From Candidatus Omnitrophota bacterium (GTDB lineage: Bacteria; Omnitrophota; Gorgyraeia; Zapsychrales; JANLHA01), in contig OY759724.1 of NCBI GenBank assembly GCA_963662715.1, forward strand, positions 1,650,001 through 1,682,000: a DNA stretch of 32,000 nt, given 5' to 3'. A model generated the notes under the pieces. It was given only the letters and a program-made list of their open reading frames with translations. It had not been told where the DNA came from and did no database searches. The position numbers were made by a program, and so were the translations under genes. This document shows positions 15,841 to 24,946 of this stretch, piece by piece (position 1 is the stretch's first letter; the number at the start of each line of letters is the position of its first letter).

Positions 15841-15862
15841 TTTAATTTGTCAATTTAGGAGC

Positions 15863-16528
15863 ATGATGGGAAATTTTATTTTTCTGCTTATCATAGGCCT
15901 TGTCGCATTTATTTTTATTAAAAAAGATGTCAATAAACCGTCAACGGCGAAAAGGTATATGAAAGCCATGGCGAAATTCCTGGGGTACAAGAACCCGGAA
16001 GGAGATAAGGATGCTTTGCCGAATAGAATTGAGTTTACCTACGAGGGGCATCCTTTTGTCTACGAGCATATTGAAGAAAGTGTTTCCCGGGGGAAAGTTC
16101 TGCACCGGGGGTGTTTGAAAGCCAAAACTTCGTTAAATTTGACTATAAATTTTACTGAGCGCAGCCGGCAGAGTATCCGTGTGAATTTGGATACACTTCT
16201 GGATGCCTCGACCCCCTCGACCCCGGGACAGATCCCCCTGCCGAAGATTTTTGAGGACTTTGAACTTATTACGAATGACAGAATAAAAGCGATAGAATTA
16301 TTCAGTGATAATCAGATGTTGAAGATGTTTCAGAAATTCAAGAACCGGGATTCTGTCGGGCATCCTGTTATGTCCTTGGAGATTGTGGAAGGTTTTGTTG
16401 TCCTGCATTTTCATCCCCCGGGAGGGCTTAAACCCAGCTTGATGAACCTGCAATTGAATGTGACATCCATTGAAGAGTATATCCGCACGATTCTCCCGCT
16501 TGTTAAAAAACTGAACGATATGAATTAA
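15863..16528 (+). CDS. Hypothetical N-terminally anchored membrane protein
   Basis: AGGAG immediately upstream of the tandem ATGs at 15863/15866. N-terminal TM helix (FIFLLIIGLVAFIFI). No family recognised. The listed GTG 15803 start would run into the structured GC island. Confidence 0.6.
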   Translation: MMGNFIFLLIIGLVAFIFIKKDVNKPSTAKRYMKAMAKFLGYKNPEGDKDALPNRIEFTYEGHPFVYEHIEESVSRGKVLHRGCLKAKTSLNLTINFTERSRQSIRVNLDTLLDASTPSTPGQIPLPKIFEDFELITNDRIKAIELFSDNQMLKMFQKFKNRDSVGHPVMSLEIVEGFVVLHFHPPGGLKPSLMNLQLNVTSIEEYIRTILPLVKKLNDMN

Positions 16529-16544
16529 TATTGACGGGGCGGTT

Positions 16545-17165
16545 ATGATATCCAAATTAAAGATATTTTTTAAAACATCTGTCATCGGCGGCCTGACGGT
16601 TATTCTGCCGGTTGTCATCCTTGTGGCCGTCTTCAGCTGGCTTTTTACCTTTATTACGGGCTTGATACAACCGTTAACGAAGCTGCTTGTTGCTCATTCT
16701 ACCCTTAAGGAATTTATCGCGGATTTTTTGGTCTTGCTGATCATTGTCTTATTATGTTTTTTTGTGGGTGTTGTCGTCCGTACAGGATTTGGACGATTGG
16801 TCCATTCTCTTATTGAGGAGAAATTCTTTAAAATTGCGCCAGGATATAATCTGATCAAGGAAACGGTCCTGCAGCTTCTCGGCGGTCATAAGCGTTCTTT
16901 TTCCAAAGTGGCTCTTGTGAATATTTTCGGGACGGATTCTTTGATGACGGCTTTTATTACAGATGAACATCAAGACGGCAGTTATACCGTTTTTGTCCCT
17001 ACTGGTCCTAACCCGACAAGCGGTCTGATTTATCATCTTCCGGCAAAAGATGTGACTTTGGTTAATGTGTCGGTGGAAGAAGCCATGCGTTCCATTATCA
17101 GTTGCGGAGCGGGATCCAATCTTTTGATAGATGAGTACTGCAAGTCCCGAAACAAGGTTTCATGA
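16545..17165 (+). CDS. DUF502-family membrane protein
   Basis: Two N-terminal TM helices followed by the conserved C-terminal block (VFVPTGPNPTSGLIYHLPAKDVTLVNVSVEEAMRSIISCG) that I recall as DUF502. Confidence 0.8.
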   Translation: MISKLKIFFKTSVIGGLTVILPVVILVAVFSWLFTFITGLIQPLTKLLVAHSTLKEFIADFLVLLIIVLLCFFVGVVVRTGFGRLVHSLIEEKFFKIAPGYNLIKETVLQLLGGHKRSFSKVALVNIFGTDSLMTAFITDEHQDGSYTVFVPTGPNPTSGLIYHLPAKDVTLVNVSVEEAMRSIISCGAGSNLLIDEYCKSRNKVS

Positions 17166-17239
17166 ATAGTCGCGGTGGTCCCTCTTTTTTCTGAGATAAA
17201 TATCCTATATTCGGGGTTGTGAATAGCCGAAAAACGATA

Positions 17240-17267
17240 TTGACAAGGAAATTAATTTTGTTATAAT
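17240..17267 (+). promoter_or_regulatory. Sigma-70-type promoter of the hrcA-grpE-dnaK-dnaJ operon
   Basis: TTGACA (17240-17245), a 16-nt spacer, then TATAAT (17262-17267), immediately followed by CIRCE. Confidence 0.6.
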
Positions 17268-17273
17268 AGCGCT

Positions 17274-17300
17274 TTAGCAATCAAAGGCATTGAGTGCTAA
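17274..17300 (+). promoter_or_regulatory. CIRCE operator (HrcA binding site)
   Basis: TTAGCAaTC-N9-GAGTGCTAA, one mismatch to the consensus TTAGCACTC-N9-GAGTGCTAA. It lies between the -10 box and hrcA. Confidence 0.85.
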
Positions 17301-17351
17301 AATGTTGAATTTAAACAGTATCAAATAGTTACAATTATATGGGTGAAAACC

Positions 17352-18092
17352 ATGACAGCAAAAAATATTGACTATCAACTGCGCAAAGAAAGAGTTCTTG
17401 GGATTGTGGTGAATGAGTATGTTAAGACCATTACCCCGGTGAGTTCTTCTCTCATCGTGCAGGAGTATTTGCCGGACTTGAGTTCCGCAACGATAAGAAA
17501 TATTTTGGCTGAATTGGAAGCTGAGGGGTATCTCACTCATCCGCATGTTTCGGCGGGCCGTATTCCCACACAGGAAGGCTATCGTTATTATGTGGACAAT
17601 CTTATGGCCGAAATAAAACTTTTGGAAGAGGAAAAGGCCAGGATCAGACAGGAATATGAGCGTGAAGTCAAAGATTTGGAACATTTACTGGAAAAGACTT
17701 CGGAAGTCCTTTCTGATGTTACGCAATATACAAGCATTGTGTCTGTCGACTGCTGGGAGGGGCGCCTTTTTTGCCGGGGTACGAAATATATCGTGACTTA
17801 CCCGGAATATCAGGATATTCAGAAAATCAGGGATATTCTTATTATGCTGGAGGAAAAAGAACGGATTTTGTCTATTCTTAACCAGGAATTGGAAAAAAAG
17901 GTGAAGATCCTGATCGGACAGGAGATCTCTTGTGAAATGATTTCCGATTCATGCTCCTTGGCCGTATCGGAATTTAAGACCTCTTTGGGGGCGCATGGGC
18001 GTATTGCTGTTCTGGGCCCCACCCGCATGAATTACGCCCGGGTCGTTTCTACGTTGAATTATTTTAAAAGCGTCATTGAAGAAATTATTTAA
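17352..18092 (+). CDS. hrcA: Heat-inducible transcription repressor HrcA (short form)
   Basis: N-terminal winged helix (RKERVLGIVVNEYVKTITPVSSSLIV ... SSATIRNILAELEAEGYLTHPHVSAGRIPT) and the conserved C-terminal GRIAVLGPTRMNYARV. The start is ATG 17352 or GTG 17343. Confidence 0.85.
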   Translation: MTAKNIDYQLRKERVLGIVVNEYVKTITPVSSSLIVQEYLPDLSSATIRNILAELEAEGYLTHPHVSAGRIPTQEGYRYYVDNLMAEIKLLEEEKARIRQEYEREVKDLEHLLEKTSEVLSDVTQYTSIVSVDCWEGRLFCRGTKYIVTYPEYQDIQKIRDILIMLEEKERILSILNQELEKKVKILIGQEISCEMISDSCSLAVSEFKTSLGAHGRIAVLGPTRMNYARVVSTLNYFKSVIEEII

Positions 18093-18113
18093 TATATTGG
18101 GATAAAAAGAGAT

Positions 18114-18791
18114 ATGAACGAAAAAAACCGCAAAACCACAGCATCAGAAAGTAAGCCGCAAGAGCAAGATGCGTCTCTGGAGAACGAAACTCTGCAAAAT
18201 AATAAAGAAACAAATTCCGGGAGACCTCCGGAGGAAAAAGAAAACCTGCAGAATCAGGTTCAGGAGTATAAGGATAAATATATACGCCTTTGTGCCGAGT
18301 TTGACAATGTCCGCAAGCGTTATGAAAGAGAGAAGACGGAATATTTAAAATATGCTAACGAACGCCTGCTGGTCGATTTCCTGTCCATCATGGATGATTT
18401 GGACCGTTCTGTTGCCGTAGCCCGCGCCCAGCATCAGGATTATGCTGCTTTCTTAAAGGGGATTGAAATGGTTATGGCCAGAGTGAGAGACATCCTGAAG
18501 ACTTATCAGGTTAAGCCGATTGAGGCTGTCGGTCAGAAATTTAATCCTCATTTTCATGAGATCCTCATGCAGGTCGAGAGTGAAGATGTGGACGGGGTGA
18601 AAGTCATCGAGGAGTTTCAGAAAGGCTATTATATGGCTGACCGGGTGATCCGCACGGCCAAAGTCAAGGTCGCCGTGGAGAAATCTTCCCCGGGAGCTTC
18701 TTCAGACCCGGCGGCACAGGACACGTCTGTCGAAGAAAGTGATGATCCGGAAAATATTATTCATAAGGAAAATTCTCAAGAAAACAAATGA
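18114..18791 (+). CDS. grpE: Nucleotide exchange factor GrpE
   Basis: YIRLCAEFDNVRKRYEREK, then the GrpE beta-domain (FNPHFHEILMQVES ... GYYMADRVIRTAKVKV). Confidence 0.93.
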   Translation: MNEKNRKTTASESKPQEQDASLENETLQNNKETNSGRPPEEKENLQNQVQEYKDKYIRLCAEFDNVRKRYEREKTEYLKYANERLLVDFLSIMDDLDRSVAVARAQHQDYAAFLKGIEMVMARVRDILKTYQVKPIEAVGQKFNPHFHEILMQVESEDVDGVKVIEEFQKGYYMADRVIRTAKVKVAVEKSSPGASSDPAAQDTSVEESDDPENIIHKENSQENK

Positions 18792-18818
18792 TTTATTTAA
18801 AGATGGAGGACAAATCAT

Positions 18819-20753
18819 ATGGCAAAAGCAATAGGTATTGATTTAGGTACATCTAACTCGGCCGCTGCTGTTATGGAAGGCGGCCGGCCGGTGATTATCC
18901 CTTCTGCGGAAGGAGCCGGAGTGGCTTCCGGGAAAGCCTTCCCTTCGTTTGTCGCGTTTACAAAAGAAGGAGAACGTTTGGTCGGAGAGCCTGCCCGTCG
19001 GCAAGCTCCGATCAATTCCGAGGGAACGGTCTATGCGGCAAAACGGAAGATGGGCACGAGTCATAAATTTAAAGTGTGGGACAAGGAGTTTACGGCTCAA
19101 CAGATCAGTGCGTTTATCCTGCAGAAAATTAAAGCCGACGCCGAAAAATATCTTGGGGAAACGGTCTCGGAAGCCGTGATCACCGTCCCGGCATATTTTA
19201 ACGATAATCAGCGCCAGGCGACGAAAGATGCCGGGGAAATTGCCGGACTTAAAGTTTTACGGATTATTAATGAGCCCACGGCGGCCTGTCTGGCTTACGG
19301 TCTGGACAAGGCCGGCAAGGAACAGAAGATCATGGTCTTTGACTTCGGCGGGGGGACCCTGGATGTCACGGTCCTGGAAATGGGCTGGGATGAGGAGAGC
19401 AAAGCCGCGACATTTGAAGTCCTCTCAACGAGCGGAGACAACAACCTCGGCGGAACGGATATGGACAACCTTCTGATCGATTATATTACTGAGGAATTTA
19501 AAAAGGAGTCCGGGGTTGATCTGAAAAACGACAAGATGGCTTTTCAGCGCCTCAGGGAAGCCGCCGAAAAGGCCAAGGTGGAATTGTCCAGCACGATTTC
19601 GACAGACATCAATTTGCCTTTTATTACCGCGGATCAATCCGGGCCCAAGCATCTTAATATGACCATAGAGCGGGCCAAATTGGAAAGTTTAATCAGCGGA
19701 ATCGTTGACCGCTGCCGGGGCCCTATTCTTCAGGCGTTAAAAGACGCCAGCGGGAAACTGGGCGAGCAGGTGAAGATCGACCGGATTATTCTCGTGGGCG
19801 GGCCGACCCGTATGCCGATCGTACAGCAATTTGTCGAGAAGGAGGTCGGGCAGAAGATTGAACGGGGTATCGATCCGATGGAATGTGTGGCCATGGGCGC
19901 GTCTATCCAGGCGGGTATCGTCAGAGGAGAGGCCAAGGAAGTGCTCTTGCTGGACGTCACTCCGCTGTCTTTGGGGATCGAAACTCTCGGCGGGGTCTGT
20001 ACGAAGTTGATCGAAAGAAACACAACCATCCCGACGAAGAAGAGCCAGGTTTTTTCAACGGCGGAGGATAATCAGCCGGCTGTGACGATCCGGGTCCTGC
20101 AGGGGGAACGCCAGATGGCTAATGATAATACGGAATTAGGCCGTTTTGATTTGGTCGGAATCCCTCCGGCTCCGCGGGGTGTCCCGCAGATTGAAGTGGC
20201 TTTTGATATTGATACCGACGGTATCGTTCACGTTTCGGCCAAGGATAAAGGGACCGGGAAAGAGCAGTCTATCCGGATTACCGCTCCGACAAAGTTATCC
20301 GATGATGATATTGACCGCATGGTTAAAGAAGCGGAAAAATATGCGGAAGACGATAAGAAGAAAAAAGAGGAAGTCGAGGTCGTTAACCAGGCGAACAGCT
20401 TTGTTTATTCCACGGAGAAATCCCTGAAGGATTATGGGGATAAAATTTCAGCCGGGGACAAGGACAACATTGAAAAAGAATTGAATAACCTCAAAGAGGC
20501 TGTTAAGAACAAAGATCTGGACAAGATTAAAGCCGGCATGGAATCACTGCAAAAAGTGAGCCACAAACTGGCTGAAGAAATATACAAATCCACAGCGTCT
20601 CAACAGGCGGCACAACAGGGAGCGGGGGGGGCTCAGGCTCAAGCGGAGCCGGAACAGCCGCAGGGGCCGACACCTTCTTCGGATAAAAAAGACACAGGTC
20701 CGAAAGAAGATATTATCGACGCTGATTTTAAAGCAGAGGATGATAAGAAATAG
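18819..20753 (+). CDS. dnaK: Chaperone DnaK (Hsp70)
   Basis: [34 protein letters not shown] and an acidic C-terminal tail. GGAGG Shine-Dalgarno. Confidence 0.98.
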   Translation: MAKAIGIDLGTSNSAAAVMEGGRPVIIPSAEGAGVASGKAFPSFVAFTKEGERLVGEPARRQAPINSEGTVYAAKRKMGTSHKFKVWDKEFTAQQISAFILQKIKADAEKYLGETVSEAVITVPAYFNDNQRQATKDAGEIAGLKVLRIINEPTAACLAYGLDKAGKEQKIMVFDFGGGTLDVTVLEMGWDEESKAATFEVLSTSGDNNLGGTDMDNLLIDYITEEFKKESGVDLKNDKMAFQRLREAAEKAKVELSSTISTDINLPFITADQSGPKHLNMTIERAKLESLISGIVDRCRGPILQALKDASGKLGEQVKIDRIILVGGPTRMPIVQQFVEKEVGQKIERGIDPMECVAMGASIQAGIVRGEAKEVLLLDVTPLSLGIETLGGVCTKLIERNTTIPTKKSQVFSTAEDNQPAVTIRVLQGERQMANDNTELGRFDLVGIPPAPRGVPQIEVAFDIDTDGIVHVSAKDKGTGKEQSIRITAPTKLSDDDIDRMVKEAEKYAEDDKKKKEEVEVVNQANSFVYSTEKSLKDYGDKISAGDKDNIEKELNNLKEAVKNKDLDKIKAGMESLQKVSHKLAEEIYKSTASQQAAQQGAGGAQAQAEPEQPQGPTPSSDKKDTGPKEDIIDADFKAEDDKK

Positions 20754-20858
20754 AAGATCATCAGAAGGGGTTCTGCTGTTTAAATCCAGGCAAACGGTGA
20801 AAGTTTGGGAGAGCCAAGCGCCCATTTTAGGAATTTAATTTTTTAACTGATTATTCTT

Positions 20859-22010
20859 ATGAAAAAAGATTATTATGAAATTTTAGGCGTACCCAAAGAC
20901 GCGAGTGCGCAGCAGATCAAAAAGGCTTACCGGTCTTTAGCATTGCGCAACCATCCGGACCGTGTCCCTGATGAAAAAAAGAAAGAGGCGGAAGAAAAGT
21001 TTAAAGAGATTTCCGAGGCATACGGCGTTTTGTCTGATGCCCAAAAGCGTCAGATGTACGATCAGTTCGGTCATGCGGGTATTGATCAAAGATACACCAC
21101 GGAAGATATTTTCCGGGGGGCGGACTTCAGCAGTATTTTCGGGGAAGCCGGTCTGGGAGATATCTTCAGCCAGTTTTTCGGGGAATCTCTTTTCGGGGAC
21201 ATTTTTGGCGGGGCGGCAGCCGGGGGACGCCGGGCCCGGGCCCGCCGGGGAAGGGATATCCAGTATGAACTGGTTGTTGCTTTGGAGGAAGCCTTTTCCG
21301 GTGCGCATAAGAAGATTAAAGTTCCCCGGGACGAGTTATGCACTCATTGCGGAGGCAGCGGAGCCCAGCCCGGGACACAGCCCAAGACTTGTCCGACCTG
21401 CCAGGGCCAAGGGCAGGTTTTTATGACCAGCGGGTTTTTCCGTATGGCCCAGACTTGTTCGACCTGCCGCGGACAGGGAAAGGTTATTGAACATCCCTGC
21501 CCGAAGTGTCAGGGCCGAACCATGGTTCGGGTCACGCGGAATATTGATGTCAATATCCCGGCCGGTGTTGATAATGATACGCGTTTGAGAATCCGGGGGG
21601 AGGGGGAAATCGGCAGTGCCGGTGCGGGGGACCTGTATCTGTATATCGCCGTTAGGCCCCACAAGTCGTTCGAACGTAAGGGAAAGGATATTTATTGCCA
21701 GTTGCCGGTCAGTTTTGTCGTTGCCGCCCTGGGCGGGGAAGAACCAGTCCCGACCTTAAACGGCCAGGTGACGATGAAGGTGCCCTCCGGGACTCAGAGC
21801 GGAAAAGTTTTTCGCTTGCGGGGCAAAGGCATGCCGGATCTGCACGGCGGATCCCCGGGAGACCAGTTTGTGAGCGTGATGCTTCAGGTTCCCACGCGAT
21901 TAACGTCTGAACAGCGAAGGCTTTTAGAAGAATATGCCAAAGTCAGCGGTCAGGATATCTCTAAAGGCGCTGATTCCATAAAGGATAAGATTAAAAGCGT
22001 TTTTAAATGA
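20859..22010 (+). CDS. dnaJ: Co-chaperone DnaJ
   Basis: J-domain with HPD (DYYEILGV ... ALRNHPDR), a G/F-rich linker, and four CxxCxGxG zinc-finger repeats ([32 protein letters not shown]). Confidence 0.97.
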   Translation: MKKDYYEILGVPKDASAQQIKKAYRSLALRNHPDRVPDEKKKEAEEKFKEISEAYGVLSDAQKRQMYDQFGHAGIDQRYTTEDIFRGADFSSIFGEAGLGDIFSQFFGESLFGDIFGGAAAGGRRARARRGRDIQYELVVALEEAFSGAHKKIKVPRDELCTHCGGSGAQPGTQPKTCPTCQGQGQVFMTSGFFRMAQTCSTCRGQGKVIEHPCPKCQGRTMVRVTRNIDVNIPAGVDNDTRLRIRGEGEIGSAGAGDLYLYIAVRPHKSFERKGKDIYCQLPVSFVVAALGGEEPVPTLNGQVTMKVPSGTQSGKVFRLRGKGMPDLHGGSPGDQFVSVMLQVPTRLTSEQRRLLEEYAKVSGQDISKGADSIKDKIKSVFK

Positions 22011-22100
22011 AGCCTTAAAGCCTCCTTGCCCGGGAAGGCGGATATTAAGGGGTTTCTTCAGAAATTTTAGAAAATATATCAGGGAAGAGGTGAGAACAAA

Positions 22101-22385
22101 ATGCCGACATATCAGTATGAGTGTGAATCTTGTGGTTATCATATGGAGAAGATGCAGTCTATCAAGGATGAAAAAATAACCCAGTGTCCTAATTGCCATC
22201 AAGAGACTCTCCATCGTCTCATCGGAACCGGAAGCGGGATCATTTTCAAAGGCAACGGTTTCTTTGAGACCGATTATAAAAGAAAGCCTGCCAAGGCAAA
22301 TGCGCCGCAAAGCTGTCCTGTGGCTGAAGGCAAGACAAATTCCTGTCCGTGCCCCTGCGACGGATCTTCGAAATCTGACGGATAA
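22101..22385 (+). CDS. FmdB-family (CxxC_CxxC_SSSS) zinc-ribbon protein
   Basis: MPTYQYECESCGYHMEKMQSIKDEKITQCPNCHQ is the signature start of this family. Cys-rich tail. Confidence 0.8.
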   Translation: MPTYQYECESCGYHMEKMQSIKDEKITQCPNCHQETLHRLIGTGSGIIFKGNGFFETDYKRKPAKANAPQSCPVAEGKTNSCPCPCDGSSKSDG

Positions 22386-22451
22386 ATGGGGGGATTTTAA
22401 GGCAGAAACAGGTTCCCCTTATATGATTTTTGCCGATCATGCTTTCTGTAT

Positions 22452-22485
22452 GCCCGGGCCGGCATCGGCTGTAAGGGCTTTTTTT
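22452..22485 (+). terminator. Rho-independent terminator closing the dnaK operon unit
   Basis: GCCC gg GCCG gcat CGGC tgtaa GGGC, followed by seven T residues (22479-22485). Confidence 0.6.
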
Positions 22486-22726
22486 ATAAATTTTTATTAG
22501 TATTATTTGTAGGCAGGGAAACGTAATCCTTAACGGTTGGCCTTTGCCCTGAGACGCTTTGTCAATACTGGGGGAGTTTTGATAAATTTCAGAGAAATCA
22601 ATTCCCAGATTGACTTAATTTTGCTATCATGGCATATTGATCTGATAATATTCCCGTATCCCTGATTGGTGAAAAAGGCAGGAAGATCGAGTCTTTTATT
22701 CTATATATGCGGAGGTCCGGAAAAAA

Positions 22727-23992
22727 ATGAGTGAAATAAAACCGTTTAAGGCTGTTTATTATAACAAGGAAAAGCTGGGTAACCTAAACAAGGTCGTTTG
22801 TCCTCCTTATGACGTGATTACGAAGGAGCAGCAGACGGATTACTATAATCAAAGCGAATATAATTTTGTCCGCATTATGCTCGGCAAAGAGTACCCGGAT
22901 GACGACAGAACGCATAATAAGTATTCCCGGGCGAAGGATCTTTACCAGCAATGGCAAAAGGACGGGATCTTTATCGAGGATGACCAGCCGAGTATATATT
23001 ATTATAAACAGGATTATAAAGTCATGGGAGAGAAACACAGCCGTTTGGGTTTTATTTCTCTTATGAAGATTCATGATGATCAGGCTGCCAAGATTTTCCC
23101 CCACGAAAATACGCACCTTCATGCGAAAGAGGACCGGTTAAAACTTTGGAAGACTTTGTCGGCAAACCTCAGCCCCATTTTTGTCTGCTTTTCCGATAAA
23201 ACAAAACGCGTCCAGAAAACTTTTCAGGAACATGTCATTCAAACGGAGCCGATCATTCTGGTCAAGGACGATGACGGCGTACAGCATACTGTCTGGCGTC
23301 TCAGCGACCCGGCCCTTATTCAAAAGATCATTGAGTCTTTGTCCGATCAGCAATTGTTTATCGCGGACGGGCATCACCGTTACGAAGTCGCAAGAGAACT
23401 GCGCCGTATTTTAAAGGAAAAAAGTTCTCATTATTCCGGGGAAGAATCTTTTAATTATCTGATGACCTATTTCACTGATATTAATTCCCGTGATTTGAAG
23501 ATTTTCCCTATGCACAGGATTGTCAAAAAGATTTCTTTAGAAGCGGAATTGCTGGAAGAGTTGTTCAGAATTGATAAATTCAAATCAAAAGAAGACCTGG
23601 TCCTTCGCCTGGCGAAGGCAGGGAAGAATGAACACGCTTTTGGTCTGTATACGGCAGATGGCGTCAGATTGCTGCGCTTAAAGAATAAAGCCCTGATTGA
23701 TAAATATGTCCAGGAAGGATCGGATGAATTCAGGCGTTTGGATGCGACGATATTAAAATATTTTGTCTTTGACCGTGTCGGAGTGGCCTCGGAAGATATT
23801 ACCTATACGAATGATTTGGCGCGCGCAACCCGGGACGTTGATCTTGGGTTGGCGGAAGCCTGTTTTATTATGAATCCGGTGAAGATCCAGCAGCTCAAGG
23901 CCATTGCTCTCAAAGGAGAGCGGATGCCCCCCAAAACAACATATTTTTATCCCAAAGTATTGTCCGGTCTAACCATTCATCAAATAAATTAA
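22727..23992 (+). CDS. DUF1015-family protein
   Basis: IKPFKAVYYN ... VVCPPYDVI at the N-terminus, FIADGHHRYE, and C-terminal MPPKTTYFYPKVLSGL. These are the blocks I recall for DUF1015. Confidence 0.85.
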   Translation: MSEIKPFKAVYYNKEKLGNLNKVVCPPYDVITKEQQTDYYNQSEYNFVRIMLGKEYPDDDRTHNKYSRAKDLYQQWQKDGIFIEDDQPSIYYYKQDYKVMGEKHSRLGFISLMKIHDDQAAKIFPHENTHLHAKEDRLKLWKTLSANLSPIFVCFSDKTKRVQKTFQEHVIQTEPIILVKDDDGVQHTVWRLSDPALIQKIIESLSDQQLFIADGHHRYEVARELRRILKEKSSHYSGEESFNYLMTYFTDINSRDLKIFPMHRIVKKISLEAELLEELFRIDKFKSKEDLVLRLAKAGKNEHAFGLYTADGVRLLRLKNKALIDKYVQEGSDEFRRLDATILKYFVFDRVGVASEDITYTNDLARATRDVDLGLAEACFIMNPVKIQQLKAIALKGERMPPKTTYFYPKVLSGLTIHQIN

Positions 23993-24001
23993 GCATAAAG
24001 G

Positions 24002-24865
24002 ATGTCAGCCCTTACGATGTCGTTATTTGGCAAGAAAAAATATACGTTAATTAGTGTTAAGAAAAAGAACATCCCGGAGGGTATCTGGTCAAAATGCCCG
24101 GAATGCCAGTCTCCGACCTATGTCAAAGCCTTAAATGACAACTTGAATGTTTGTCCGAAATGCGAACACCATTTTCCGCTGACGGCCCAGGAGCGGATAG
24201 ATTTATTGATTGATAAAGACACTTTTGAAGAGTTTGATGCCGGGTTGCTGTCAAAAGACCCGTTGGAATTTAAGGGGCCTAAAACATATGTTGAAAAATT
24301 GACGAGCGACCAGAAAAGGACCGGTTTGCTGGATGCCGTCATCACCGGGAAAGGAAAGCTTTGCAGCCGCCCGGTTGCTTTTGCCGTGACCGATTCCCGT
24401 TTTATCATGGGGTCGATGGGGTCGGTGGTCGGAGAAAGGATAACGCGGTGCATCGAGTATGCGACCCGGGAAAGATTGCCGGTCGTGATTGTGTCCGGAT
24501 CCGGCGGCGGCGCCAGGATGTACGAGGGTTTGTTTTCTCTTATGCAAATGGCTAAAACATGCGCGGCGCTGGCCAAGCATCATGAAGCCGGCTTGTTGCA
24601 TGTGTCGGTCTTGACGAACCCGACCATGGCGGGGATTATGGCCTCTTTCGCCGGAATCGGTGATGTCATTATGGCCGAACCCAAAGCCCTGATAGGTTTT
24701 ACCGGCCCGAGGGTCATTGAGCAGACCATTCGGCAGAAGTTGCCGGAAGGTTTTCAGCGTTCGGAATTCTTGTTGGAACATGGGCTGATTGATATGATTA
24801 CGCAGCGAAAAGACATGAAACAAACTTTAAATCATCTGATGGAATACAGTCAGCAGGATTCCTAA
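24002..24865 (+). CDS. accD: Acetyl-CoA carboxylase carboxyltransferase beta subunit
   Basis: N-terminal zinc ribbon (CPECQSPTYVKALNDNLNVCPKCEHH) and the carboxyltransferase core (GSMGSVVGE ... SGGARMYEG ... GFTGPRVIEQT). Confidence 0.93.
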   Translation: MSALTMSLFGKKKYTLISVKKKNIPEGIWSKCPECQSPTYVKALNDNLNVCPKCEHHFPLTAQERIDLLIDKDTFEEFDAGLLSKDPLEFKGPKTYVEKLTSDQKRTGLLDAVITGKGKLCSRPVAFAVTDSRFIMGSMGSVVGERITRCIEYATRERLPVVIVSGSGGGARMYEGLFSLMQMAKTCAALAKHHEAGLLHVSVLTNPTMAGIMASFAGIGDVIMAEPKALIGFTGPRVIEQTIRQKLPEGFQRSEFLLEHGLIDMITQRKDMKQTLNHLMEYSQQDS

Positions 24866-24946
24866 GTGCTTTTAAATAAGAAGTTTGCGGAAATGCGAAT
24901 TCCTTATTAGAATTTAGGGGATATTTTTTTACAAGAGGGTTGAATT

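Noticed and set aside
15803-15862. GTG 15803 as the start of the hypothetical membrane protein
   Set aside because: The 20 extra residues come from the GC-rich structured island and precede an AGGAG-led ATG pair. That ATG pair is followed at once by the TM helix.
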